From positions 5,518-69,517 of the forward strand of contig JAFIEC010000418.1 in assembly GCA_020832725.1 (NCBI GenBank): a DNA stretch of 64,000 nucleotides. The letters are read 5' to 3'. The stretch is from Paracoccaceae bacterium (GTDB lineage Bacteria > Pseudomonadota > Alphaproteobacteria > Rhodobacterales > Rhodobacteraceae). Of the stretch, positions 32,451 through 41,231 are shown piece after piece. The notes beneath the pieces are model-generated. The model was not told where the DNA came from. It saw only the letters and a list, made by a program, of their open reading frames with translations, and searched no databases. Both the position numbers and the translations under genes were made by a program. How positions within the stretch are numbered: position 1 is the first letter of the stretch; each line of letters starts with the position of its first letter.

Positions 32451-32984
32451 TTACCCCGTCAGCCCGGTCGAAACGACCGTCACCGCGCGGCGGTTGAGGT
32501 TCCAGCACCGCGCCTCGGGGCAGGCTTCGACCGGGCGCTCCTTGCCATAGCTGACGGTGCGCATGCGGTTGGCATTGATCCCCTGGCTGACCAGATACTG
32601 CATCACCGCATTCGCGCGCCGCGCGCCCAGGGCCACGTTGTATTCGCGGGTGCCGCGCTCGTCGGCGTGCCCTTCGATCAGGATGGCGAATTGCGGGTTG
32701 GCGCTCAGCCAGCGCGCCTGTGCGCTGAGGGTCTGGCGCGCGGTGTCGGTCAGGGTGCTCTGGTCGGTTTCAAAGAACACCCGGTCGCCGATGCGCTCGT
32801 TGAAATGGGCAATCGAGCGGGGGTCGTTCGGATCGCCCAGCGCGCCGGTCTGGATGCCGCCCGCGCCGCCGCCGTTCCAGCCGTCGGCGCCGTTGCTGTC
32901 CCAGCCGCCGCCCGCGCGCGGGTTGTTGCAGGCCGCCAGTGCCAGCGCGGCGACGATCATCAGCGCCTTTGTCATCAGTTTCAT
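32451..32984 (-). CDS. pal: Peptidoglycan-associated lipoprotein Pal
   Basis: Lipobox LALAAC. OmpA-like domain (IEGHADERGTREYNVALGARRANAV). Confidence 0.9.
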   Translation of the reverse strand: MKLMTKALMIVAALALAACNNPRAGGGWDSNGADGWNGGGAGGIQTGALGDPNDPRSIAHFNERIGDRVFFETDQSTLTDTARQTLSAQARWLSANPQFAILIEGHADERGTREYNVALGARRANAVMQYLVSQGINANRMRTVSYGKERPVEACPEARCWNLNRRAVTVVSTGLTG

Positions 32985-33055
32985 GGGTCTTTCCCTCGTG
33001 CGGCGGGGTGGTGTCTGCCAATGGCCCCGCAGGTTATGGTTGTGACGGTATCAGA

Positions 33056-34432
33056 TCAGGGCCGCAACGGCGACCATGCCGGGTCCGAGGCAGGCCCCGG
33101 CGTGGGGATGCGGCGCAGGTTGCGCCCCGAGATGTCCACCGACCACAGCGCCGGATCGCCGCCTGCGGTCTCGCGGGTGAACATGATGACGCGGCCATTG
33201 GGCGCCCAGGTCGGCCCTTCGTCAAGGAACGAGGCCGTGAGCAGGCGTTCCTCGGACCCGTCGGTGCGCATCACGCCGATATGGAACCGGCCCTGGTGCG
33301 ACTTGGTGAAGGCAATCAGGTCGCCGCGCGGTGACCAGACCGGCGTGCCGTAGCGCCCCTGGCCGAAGCTGATGCGCCGGGCCTCGCCGCCGTTCGCAGG
33401 CATGATGTAAAGCTGCGAGGTGCCCGAGCGGTCGGATTCGAACACCACCCGGCTGCCATCGGGCGAGAAGCTGGGCGCGGTGGCGATCGACGGTGCGTTG
33501 GTCAACTGCAGCCGCTGCCCGTTCGACAGGTTCAGCCGGTAAAGGTCCGTGGTCCCGCCGACCGACAGCGAATAGATCATGCTGCCGCCATCGGGCGAAA
33601 AGCGGGGCGCGAAGGTCATGGTGCCGGGCTGGTCGCCCACCACCTGCCGCCGCATGGTGGCCAGGTCCATCAGATAGATGCGCGGCGTGCCGGTTTCATA
33701 GCTGGTATAGAGGATCCGCTCGCCATTGGGCGAAAACCGCGGTGCAATCACCAGCGCGCGCCCGTCGGTCAGATATTCGACATTGGCGCCGTCCTGATCC
33801 ATCACCGCCAGCCGTTTCACGCGGTTTTCGCGCGGACCCGATTCGGCGACGAACACCACGCGGCTGTCGAAATAGCCGCCCTCTCCGGTGATGCGGCTGT
33901 AGACCGCGTCCGAGACCTTGTGCGCCATGCGCCGCCAGGCATCGGTGCTGCCCTGGAATTGCAGCCCGTCGCCCATCTGCCGCCCCGAGACGATGTCGAA
34001 CAGGCGGAACTTGACCGACATGCGGTTGCCCTGCACCGATACCGCGCCGGTGATCAGCGCCTGCGCGTTGATCGCCCGCCAGTCGGCATATTGCACCGGG
34101 GCATCAAAGCTGGTGATCCGCGCGATATGGGCCGAGGCCGGGATCTCGCGGAACAGTCCGGTGTTGCTCAGGTTCGCGGAGATCACGCGGGAAAGCTGGT
34201 CGGAATACTGCTGCCCGGCGCTGTTTTCGGCCACGAAGGCCGGCACGGCGAAAGGCATCGGTTCGATCACGCCTTCGGTGATTTCGATCCGCAGCGGTCC
34301 GGACTGGGCCTGCGCGGCACTTGCGGTCAGGAGCAGCGCAAGCGTGGCAAGCATGCCAAGCGCGCAGGCCAGCGCGGCGAACAACGCCGCGCGAACGGGC
34401 CGGAACGGGGCAGGGTGGGCAAGAATACTCAT
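33056..34432 (-). CDS. tolB: Tol-Pal system beta-propeller protein TolB
   Basis: 458 aa. N-terminal TolB domain plus repeated PxFSPDG propeller motifs ([43 protein letters not shown]). ATGA overlap with tolA. Confidence 0.9.
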   Translation of the reverse strand: MSILAHPAPFRPVRAALFAALACALGMLATLALLLTASAAQAQSGPLRIEITEGVIEPMPFAVPAFVAENSAGQQYSDQLSRVISANLSNTGLFREIPASAHIARITSFDAPVQYADWRAINAQALITGAVSVQGNRMSVKFRLFDIVSGRQMGDGLQFQGSTDAWRRMAHKVSDAVYSRITGEGGYFDSRVVFVAESGPRENRVKRLAVMDQDGANVEYLTDGRALVIAPRFSPNGERILYTSYETGTPRIYLMDLATMRRQVVGDQPGTMTFAPRFSPDGGSMIYSLSVGGTTDLYRLNLSNGQRLQLTNAPSIATAPSFSPDGSRVVFESDRSGTSQLYIMPANGGEARRISFGQGRYGTPVWSPRGDLIAFTKSHQGRFHIGVMRTDGSEERLLTASFLDEGPTWAPNGRVIMFTRETAGGDPALWSVDISGRNLRRIPTPGPASDPAWSPLRP

Positions 34433-35652
34433 CTGATACGCATCCCTTCGGGGTTGAACGTGATTTCTATATCACGCCAGTGATCGTATTTCTCGGGCGG
34501 CAGGCCGTAGCCGTCGCCGGCGCAGCGGATGATCGCGCGGCGCGCGGCCTCGAAGGCCTGCGAGGTGGCCGACTCGCCGCCGCCCGAGGCGCTGATCATC
34601 CGGATCGAGCCCATTTCGGGCATGGCGTTGGGGGTCATGGACACGCCCACCACCACGGTCACGCCCATCGCCTCGGTCGACAGCGCGCCCAGGTTCCAGC
34701 ATTGCTGCACCGCCAGGCGCAGCCCGTCGGCTTCGGACTGGCTCAGCCCGCCGGTGGCGGCGCGCGCGGGGCCGGGGTCGGCGGCACCGCCTGCCAGCGC
34801 CTCGGCCAGTGCATCGGCGATAGCGTCGCGCGGGGCCTCGGGCTCGGGGTCCGGTTCGGGCGCGGGTTGCGGCGGCGGTGCGGGCCGTTCGGCGGTCTGC
34901 GCGGGTTCGGGCTGGGGCTCCGGTTGGGGTTCGGGTTCGGGCCGGGGTTGCGGGCGCTCGGGGCGGCGCTGCGGGCGCGGGCTGATCTCGGGCGCGCGGG
35001 CGGCCAGGTCCAGCGACTCGCGGTCGGTTTCCGTCGCTTCGGTGACGATCTCGGTGGTGGCCTCGGGCAGGGCGGTGGCCTGGGCTTCGGGTTCCACCAC
35101 TTCTGCCTCGCGTTCGGCATCGGGGGTGATCGCCGCGGACTCGGCGATGTCGATGCGGGCCTCGGGGTCGGGGGCCTCGCTCGGCGTGGGGGCGACGCGG
35201 TCCACGGGGCGCGGGCGCGGGCGCACCGAACTGCCCGGCGCGGGCAGGGGTGAAAACACGACACCGGTTTCAGGCACAACAGGCGCCGCCGGTTCGGGCT
35301 GTGGCTGCGGTTCCGGTTCGGGCTGCGGTGCGGGGGCCGGTTCCGGCGCGGGCGCGGGGGGCGGGTCCTGCTCCAGCGGTGCCGGTGCGGCGATTTCCGG
35401 TTCGGGGGTGGGTTCGGGCGCCGGTTCGGGGGCCGGTTCGGGCTCGGGCGCCGGCGCCGGTTGCGGCGCCGGGTCGGGGCTGCGCGCGGGGGCCTGCAAT
35501 GCGGCGAATTCCTCGGCCGAGATCAGGGCGACATCGGTCACGGGCACGCGCATGCCGGAATCGGGCGCGCGGAACAGGTCACCGACCATCACCCAGAGGA
35601 TGAGGCCGATGTGCATGGCGCCCGAAATCTTCTGTCCCGTGTCCAGGGGCAT
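34429..35652 (-). CDS. tolA: TolA (membrane anchor, very Pro/Glu-rich linker, C-terminal TolA domain)
   Basis: Position between tolR and tolB. N-terminal TM segment ([14 protein letters not shown]). Long PEPEP/PAPEP low-complexity region. Confidence 0.75.
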   Translation of the reverse strand: MPLDTGQKISGAMHIGLILWVMVGDLFRAPDSGMRVPVTDVALISAEEFAALQAPARSPDPAPQPAPAPEPEPAPEPAPEPTPEPEIAAPAPLEQDPPPAPAPEPAPAPQPEPEPQPQPEPAAPVVPETGVVFSPLPAPGSSVRPRPRPVDRVAPTPSEAPDPEARIDIAESAAITPDAEREAEVVEPEAQATALPEATTEIVTEATETDRESLDLAARAPEISPRPQRRPERPQPRPEPEPQPEPQPEPAQTAERPAPPPQPAPEPDPEPEAPRDAIADALAEALAGGAADPGPARAATGGLSQSEADGLRLAVQQCWNLGALSTEAMGVTVVVGVSMTPNAMPEMGSIRMISASGGGESATSQAFEAARRAIIRCAGDGYGLPPEKYDHWRDIEITFNPEGMRIR

Positions 35653-35674
35653 GGGGTGTCCGTTCTGCCCTTGC

Positions 35675-36145
35675 TCAGTTCTGTCCGTCGAAGCGCGGCC
35701 CGTCGGTGTCGGTCACCAGCCCGATGTTGTTGAACCCGCCCGAGTTGAGCGCCCCCATCACCTGCACCACGCGCTCATACGGGATGGAGCCGTCGGCGCG
35801 CAGGAAGATGCGGTTGTCGCGCCGCTCGGCGGCCACCGCGCGCAGTTGCGGGATCAGGTCCCCGGCGGTGATTTCCGTGGTCATGATCATCACCCGCCCG
35901 TCAGCGGTCAGCGTGACCGACAGCGGCTCTTCCTGCTCGGCGGGCAGCGCCCCGGCCGAGGTGCGCGGCAATTCCACCGGCACGCCCACGGTCAGCATGG
36001 GCGCGGCCACCATGAAGATGATCAGCAACACCAGCATCACGTCCACAAAGGGCGTGACGTTGATCTCCGACATGCGCCCGCCGCGCGCCGCGCGGCGCCG
36101 ACCGCCGCCCTTGCCGCCATTGCGCCGGATGACCTGCCCCCCCAT
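35675..36145 (-). CDS. tolR: TolR (ExbD family)
   Basis: EINVTPFVDVMLVLLIIFMV motif, 156 aa, follows tolQ. Confidence 0.9.
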   Translation of the reverse strand: MGGQVIRRNGGKGGGRRRAARGGRMSEINVTPFVDVMLVLLIIFMVAAPMLTVGVPVELPRTSAGALPAEQEEPLSVTLTADGRVMIMTTEITAGDLIPQLRAVAAERRDNRIFLRADGSIPYERVVQVMGALNSGGFNNIGLVTDTDGPRFDGQN

Positions 36146-36148
36146 GGT

Positions 36149-36859
36149 TCAGGCCGCGTCCAGCTGGCGCGACAGGATCGTGTTGAATTCGTCCGCGAAG
36201 GCTTCATAGCCCGAGACGATGGCCTCGGAATCCTCGGTCAGCTTGTTGTAGAAGATGGTCGCGGGGATGGCGGCCAGCAGCCCCAGCCCGGTTGCCAGCA
36301 GCGCCTCGGCGATGCCCGGCGCCACCACGGCCAGGTTGGTGGACTGCGCAAGGGCGATTTCCTCGAAGGCGTGCTTGATGCCCCAGACAGTGCCGAACAG
36401 CCCGATGAAGGGCGAGGCCGACCCGACCGAGGCCAGAAACGTCAGCCCGCCCTGCAGCTCGCGCGCTTCCTTGGTGATGGCCACATCCATGGACCGGTCG
36501 ATGCGTTGCACCGCGCCGGGGATCAGCGCGCCGTCATGGCGGTGGCTGCGCCGCCATTCGGCCATCCCGGCGGCAAAGACGCGCGCAGGCGGCGTGGGCG
36601 GTTCGGGGCCGATCTGGTCGTAAAGCTCGTCCAGCGGTTCGCCCGACCAGAAGGCGGCGTCGAACTGGTCGGCCTCGCTGCGGGCGCGGCGGTAGCGGAT
36701 CAGCTTCTGGATGATGATCCCCCAGGACCAGAACGAGGCCAGGATCAGGATGATCATGACCAGTTGCACGGTCACCGTGGCGCGCGCGAACAGCGCGACC
36801 AGCGAAAAGTCGATATCTTGCGTCGCCGCAAGGGCGGTCTGTTCCATGGGCCTGCTCAC
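36149..36859 (-). CDS. tolQ: TolQ (MotA/ExbB family)
   Basis: 236 aa. LASVGSASPFIGLFGTVWGI motif. Confidence 0.9.
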   Translation of the reverse strand: MSRPMEQTALAATQDIDFSLVALFARATVTVQLVMIILILASFWSWGIIIQKLIRYRRARSEADQFDAAFWSGEPLDELYDQIGPEPPTPPARVFAAGMAEWRRSHRHDGALIPGAVQRIDRSMDVAITKEARELQGGLTFLASVGSASPFIGLFGTVWGIKHAFEEIALAQSTNLAVVAPGIAEALLATGLGLLAAIPATIFYNKLTEDSEAIVSGYEAFADEFNTILSRQLDAA

Positions 36860-36958
36860 TCAAGAAAGGCCACCCTTGCACCGGGCGGCTCTGTTTGGCG
36901 GCGAATCTACAGGTTTTCGGCCCTCAAAGCCAACAGATCGACCGGTGATGCAACAAAT

Positions 36959-37357
36959 TTATCCGTGATCGATGCAAAGGGCGCGCAGCGCGGCGGGAAA
37001 CCGCCGGGGGCGGGCGCCCGCGTCCAGGCAGACCAGCACCACGCGGGCGTCGAACAGGAGCGCATCGCCGCGCCGCACCTGCTGGCGCAGGGTCAGCCGC
37101 GCAGGGGTCGCGGCCTCTGCCTCGGTGGTGACGCTCAGCAGATCGTCGAACCGGGCCGGGGCCAGATAGTCGGCCTCTACCCGCCGGACGGCGAAGACCA
37201 GACCTTGTTCGGCCTTCAGCGCCGCCTGATCGACCCCCAGCGCCCGCACCCACTCGCTGCGCGCGCGTTCGATGAACTTCAGGTAATTCGCGTAATAGAC
37301 GATGCCCGCAAGGTCGGTGTCCTCGTAATAGACGCGGACGGAGTGGGTGTGGGTCAT
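36959..37357 (-). CDS. ybgC: Tol-Pal-associated acyl-CoA thioesterase YbgC (4HBT hotdog fold)
   Basis: 132 aa. N-terminus VRVYYEDTDLAGIVYYANYLKFIERAR. First gene of the tol cluster. Confidence 0.85.
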   Translation of the reverse strand: MTHTHSVRVYYEDTDLAGIVYYANYLKFIERARSEWVRALGVDQAALKAEQGLVFAVRRVEADYLAPARFDDLLSVTTEAEAATPARLTLRQQVRRGDALLFDARVVLVCLDAGARPRRFPAALRALCIDHG

Positions 37358-37507
37358 TTGGTGTCCTTCCGTCCTTGTGCGCCGTCTGGGGGGCGTGCGG
37401 TGCGCGACCCTCTAGCATCGGCGCGCGACCGGGGCCACGGGGAAGGCGGGCGGAACGGGGCGGGGGGGCAGGCGGGATCCTACCGGGAGTCATGTTGGAC
37501 GGGGATC

Positions 37508-39187
37508 ATCCGAACACCTGATAAGGACAACCATATGAAAAAAAGTTGTGTTTATCGAATATTCAAGTAATTCCAGAGGCCTGGGTGTATACACACGCCC
37601 AAGCTAGGCTTCAAAAACTCTTCCCCGCGATGAAACCAATAATATCGCCTCGCGTTGAAAGAGTCATCGTAATTTCCAATAACACCGTAATGAAACAAGT
37701 CGTCAACGAGTGTGGAGGTATTCGCAAATCCAAACTTCGCTATGACTGATCTATCGAATTCATCAAATGACTTGTAAAGTCTCTTGTTTATATTCTCCCT
37801 AAGTGTTTTAGCGATGGCATTCCCATGTCTTACGCTTATCTCATCCTTGATTTCATTCATCGCTCGCCTTGAATACTCGTTAAGCGCATTCTTTATCTCA
37901 TCTTCCCCTATTCTGGGTGAATCTGGGTTCTCGTCTGCTATCGAGTTGAGTAGCTGCACAACATCACGAGGTCGTCCCCAAGTGTTTATTTTAATAAAAT
38001 TCTCAAGTAGAATGGTCTTCTTTCCGAAATTAATTTTGGGTTCAACAAAATCAGCAAAATTGATTACTTCTAGATGTTTGGAGTGAATGACTTTCTGGAT
38101 AAGAAGTCGAAACAGAAGTGTCTCGCTCCCATCACTCATGTCCCATTCTAGCTTAACGCTTTTGCCGTCCACGAGTTTTCCGATTTCGGAATCCATGTCA
38201 TTAAGCAGATTCCGAATCTCTGGTCTGAGCGCACATACAATGTGAAAATCAAGATTGTGCTTAATAAAGAAATTATTTAATTCACGAGCTGATCTCAGTA
38301 TGTCACGGACCATCGCTGCCCGAACCTTAACCTCGTCATCTGCTGCATCAAGTCGCGACAAAACTAGCTCGTCAACATACAAGTAAAACAAATGATCTTG
38401 ATGGTGACGCCTCAATAGCTCGAGCGCTGCACTGATATACTCACTCAAGGGAACTTCGCTCCCCCCTTTGTATTTGGCGAAGTCAAATCCAACAGACGCT
38501 GAAATGTCAAACATCTCTGCAGATATCTCAACTGAGGCTGATTTCAAAACACCTTCGAAAATAGACGAGAGTCGACTCCTCTTTCCAAGGACGAATTTCG
38601 TAAATTGTGAAGTGAATGAGTTCTCACTCAGCTCTTCAGCAATTTTTACCAAAAAAGTTCTAAGCCAAATTTCTCGAAAATCATAATTCAAAAAAATGTT
38701 CCTAGAATTAACAACTCCCAGCATATCTATTTTTTGGGTTCTCGCGGCGCTATTGTAGTCTTTTGGCTTGACATCGGAGTGAAACGAAAAAAACTTTGAT
38801 ATGTATCCCTTTTCTTTTAGTTTTTCCGACAAGTAAAACTGAACAGCCGTTTTTCCTGAGCCTTTTCGTCCAACAATAATGTATTTTCTCTTGTTGTTGA
38901 GTGAATTCATCGAAAACGAGGTCGGCAGAATGAAAGTCGAGTGGAAATACTCGGGAAAGTTGTTGCCTTCGTCAATCGCCTCCACGTCGCCAAAGTAACA
39001 ATCAGACAGCATCTCTTATCCATCCATCGTCAGCACATTGATAAACGCCGCCTGCGGGATATCGACCTTCCCGAACTGGCGCTTCTTCTTCGTACCCGTT
39101 TTCTGATTCTCGAGCAATGTCTTCTTGCACGCCATGTCCCCGCCGTTGGCTGCCTGGATCGGTATTTCAAACATGTTGCGGGGGATC
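37508..39187. other. Low-GC islet (foreign composition) inserted between yqgE and the ybgC-tol promoter region; no recombinase seen
   Basis: There is an abrupt switch near 37510 from GC-rich flank to AT-rich DNA: by eye about 35-40% G+C over 37.55-39.01 kb, intermediate over 39.02-39.19 kb. Imperfect direct repeats lie at 37491-37507 and 39172-39187. Confidence 0.6.
37552..39012 (-). CDS. Orphan soluble P-loop NTPase (486 aa), family unassigned; candidate defence/abortive-infection ATPase
   Basis: Uninterrupted 486-codon ORF in AT-rich DNA. Walker A GRKGSGKT (aa 48-55), Walker B YLYVDE (aa 210-215), Arg-rich TWGRPRD (aa 344-350). No TM segments and no recognisable nuclease, protease or TIR motif. 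Confidence 0.85.
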   Translation of the reverse strand: MLSDCYFGDVEAIDEGNNFPEYFHSTFILPTSFSMNSLNNKRKYIIVGRKGSGKTAVQFYLSEKLKEKGYISKFFSFHSDVKPKDYNSAARTQKIDMLGVVNSRNIFLNYDFREIWLRTFLVKIAEELSENSFTSQFTKFVLGKRSRLSSIFEGVLKSASVEISAEMFDISASVGFDFAKYKGGSEVPLSEYISAALELLRRHHQDHLFYLYVDELVLSRLDAADDEVKVRAAMVRDILRSARELNNFFIKHNLDFHIVCALRPEIRNLLNDMDSEIGKLVDGKSVKLEWDMSDGSETLLFRLLIQKVIHSKHLEVINFADFVEPKINFGKKTILLENFIKINTWGRPRDVVQLLNSIADENPDSPRIGEDEIKNALNEYSRRAMNEIKDEISVRHGNAIAKTLRENINKRLYKSFDEFDRSVIAKFGFANTSTLVDDLFHYGVIGNYDDSFNARRYYWFHRGEEFLKPSLGVCIHPGLWNYLNIR

Positions 39188-39210
39188 GGCGCCTTGATGT
39201 TTTCGCACAT
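39016..39210 (-). CDS. Small basic hypothetical protein (64 aa, or 52 aa from ATG 39174), stop 3 nt before the NTPase start
   Basis: ORF with moderately high GC3. TAA at 39016-39018, then GAG, then the NTPase ATG at 39012. Lys-rich centre [20 protein letters not shown]. No homology recognised. Confidence 0.4.
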   Translation of the reverse strand: MCENIKAPIPRNMFEIPIQAANGGDMACKKTLLENQKTGTKKKRQFGKVDIPQAAFINVLTMDG

Positions 39211-39229
39211 GCCGCCGCCCCGCCACGCC

Positions 39230-39811
39230 TCAGGCCCGCCCCGCCGCGCCCGACAGCATCACCGGGTCCACGCCCAGCGCGCGCAGCGCGGCCTCCCATT
39301 GCGCGGGGGGCGCGGTGTCGAAGACCAGCGCGGCAGTGGCGGCGACGCTCAGCCAGCCGTTGGCAAGGATCTCCTCCTCCAGTTGCCCCGGCGCCCAGCC
39401 CGCATAGCCCAGCATCATCCGCGCCCGCGCCGGGCCGCGCCCGTGCAGCATGTCCTCGAGGATATCAAGCGTGGCGCTCATGGCGATGCCCTCGGCCACC
39501 GGCAGGGTGGTGGCACCGCCATCATACTCGGCGCTGTGCAGCACGAATCCGCGGCCATGCTCCACCGGACCGCCGAAATGGACCGCTGCATCGGGTGCGC
39601 TGTGCTGCGCGTCCTCGGCGACCAGTTCCAGATGCGCCATCAGCGCGCCCAGCCGCAGGTCCGGCAGCGGCTTGTTGACGATCAGCCCCATGGCGCCCTG
39701 CGGCGAGTGCGAGCAGATACAGACCACGCTGCGCGCGAATCGCATGTCGGGCATGCCGGGCATGGCGATCAGCAGCTTGCCGGTCAGGTCCAGGTGATCC
39801 GAGGCGCTCAT
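39230..39811 (-). CDS. yqgE: YqgE/AlgH family protein (UPF0301)
   Basis: 193 aa from ATG 39811. [40 protein letters not shown] and [14 protein letters not shown] are characteristic. Confidence 0.85.
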   Translation of the reverse strand: MSASDHLDLTGKLLIAMPGMPDMRFARSVVCICSHSPQGAMGLIVNKPLPDLRLGALMAHLELVAEDAQHSAPDAAVHFGGPVEHGRGFVLHSAEYDGGATTLPVAEGIAMSATLDILEDMLHGRGPARARMMLGYAGWAPGQLEEEILANGWLSVAATAALVFDTAPPAQWEAALRALGVDPVMLSGAAGRA

Positions 39812-39978
39812 GCGCTGACCATGCCGCAGCCGCGAAGGCTTGCCAAGCCATTCCCGGCGCCTGGGCGGGTGGTTTCTGCACCTTTGGGTTGTGTCATGCG
39901 ATGCAGCCGGGCCACAACGCCGCCGGTCTCCGAAACGTGACTTCCCTTTCGCCGCATTACAGCGGAATCCTCGACCGC

Positions 39979-40893
39979 ATGACCCGAGAACCGAACCCCG
40001 GACCTGCGCGGCTGCGCGCCCTTGCCCGAGCGCTGCGCCTCTCACCCGGCCCGTCCTCACCCGGCCTGACAGTGCGCCCCGCCTTGCGCGCGCTCGCCGC
40101 AGCCGCGATCATGGCCGTTGCGTCGATTGTGCCCGTCGATGCCCAGGGGCGCGGGGCCGAGCAGGTCTCGGCCGAGTTCCGCACGGGCTGGGTGCGCGAC
40201 GATGGCCGCCGGATGGCCGCGCTGCATCTGCGGCTGGCACCGGGCTGGATGACCTATTGGCGGGTCCCCGGCGAAGGCGGTCTGGCATTGCGCATGGACT
40301 GGTCCGGGTCCGAGAACCTGGCCGGGGTGGACAAGCACTGGCCCAGTCCGCGCGTGTTCGTGCAGAACGGCTATTACAACATCGGTTACCGCGACGAACT
40401 GGTGCTGCCCATCGAACTGACCCCCGTCGATCCCGCGCGCCCCATGGTCTTTGTCGCCGCGATCACACTGGGGGTGTGCCGCGATGTCTGCATTCCGGTG
40501 GACCTGCGCCTGCGTGCCGATCTGAGCGCACCCGGCCGCCCCGACGCGCTGATCGAGGCCGCCCTGTCGCAAGCGCCGCGCCCGGCGCTGGACGCAGGGC
40601 TGCGCGCCGCGCGGTGCGGGCTGGAACCGGCCGAGCGCAACGGGATGCGCCTGCGCGCGGAACTGGACCTGCCGGAAACCGGCGCCAACGAACGCGTGAT
40701 CGTCGAACTGCCGGGCCAGGAGGCGCGGGTGCGCGATCTGGGCAGCCTGCGCAACGGCGATCTGCTGCGCGGCGAGGCGCTGATCACGCCGCCACGGCGC
40801 GGCACCTTGAGCGTGAACCGCTCGGATATCCGCCTGACGGTGCTGAGCGATGCGGGCGCCGTGCAACACACCGGCTGCACGGCGGCGCCCTGA
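39979..40893 (+). CDS. Periplasmic protein with a DsbD N-terminal-like (thiol:disulfide interchange) domain
   Basis: Signal-like region, GWMTYWRVPGEGG and LGVCRDVCIP motifs typical of DsbD/ScsB N-domain-like proteins. Start ATG 39979 chosen. Confidence 0.65.
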   Translation: MTREPNPGPARLRALARALRLSPGPSSPGLTVRPALRALAAAAIMAVASIVPVDAQGRGAEQVSAEFRTGWVRDDGRRMAALHLRLAPGWMTYWRVPGEGGLALRMDWSGSENLAGVDKHWPSPRVFVQNGYYNIGYRDELVLPIELTPVDPARPMVFVAAITLGVCRDVCIPVDLRLRADLSAPGRPDALIEAALSQAPRPALDAGLRAARCGLEPAERNGMRLRAELDLPETGANERVIVELPGQEARVRDLGSLRNGDLLRGEALITPPRRGTLSVNRSDIRLTVLSDAGAVQHTGCTAAP

Positions 40894-41231
40894 GCGGAAA
40901 GCCGCGCCGCCACGGTCCTGAGGCGCCGGACCGGTCGGGGCTGTCGCGCCCGATGGCGGGGAACCCGGGCCACAGTCCCCATTGCCAGACCAGAGACCGG
41001 CGCGGCCCTGTCGCCCACCGCGCACACCGAAGCGCCCGCACAGGGTGGCAGCTCGGGGGGGGGCGGCCCATTGCGGGCCGTTGTCGACCCGCGCGGGCTG
41101 CACCGCGCAAGCTGGATCATCCGCCTCATGCCAGCGCCCGGTGGGTGCCGCACGTTCGCGCCGCTCAGGCCCGGCGCCGGACGCGCCGACGTGATGACGC
41201 ATCTGACCGGCCGATCCTGCGCGGTGGCGAA

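Noticed and set aside
36924-37493. 189-aa minus-strand ORF starting in the left direct repeat
   Set aside because: It overlaps ybgC out of frame and is a Pro/Arg/Gly-rich translation. It is noted only because its ATG lies in the repeat.
34529-37570. 1013-aa ORF on the plus strand
   Set aside because: It runs antisense across tolA, tolR, tolQ and ybgC, all of which have clear family motifs on the minus strand. The translation is Arg/Gly/Ala/Pro low complexity, typical of stop-free antisense frames in high-GC DNA.
38941-39678. 245-aa plus-strand ORF spanning the islet border and yqgE
   Set aside because: It is antisense to the NTPase start, the small ORF and yqgE, and is an Arg/Pro/Ala-rich artefact.
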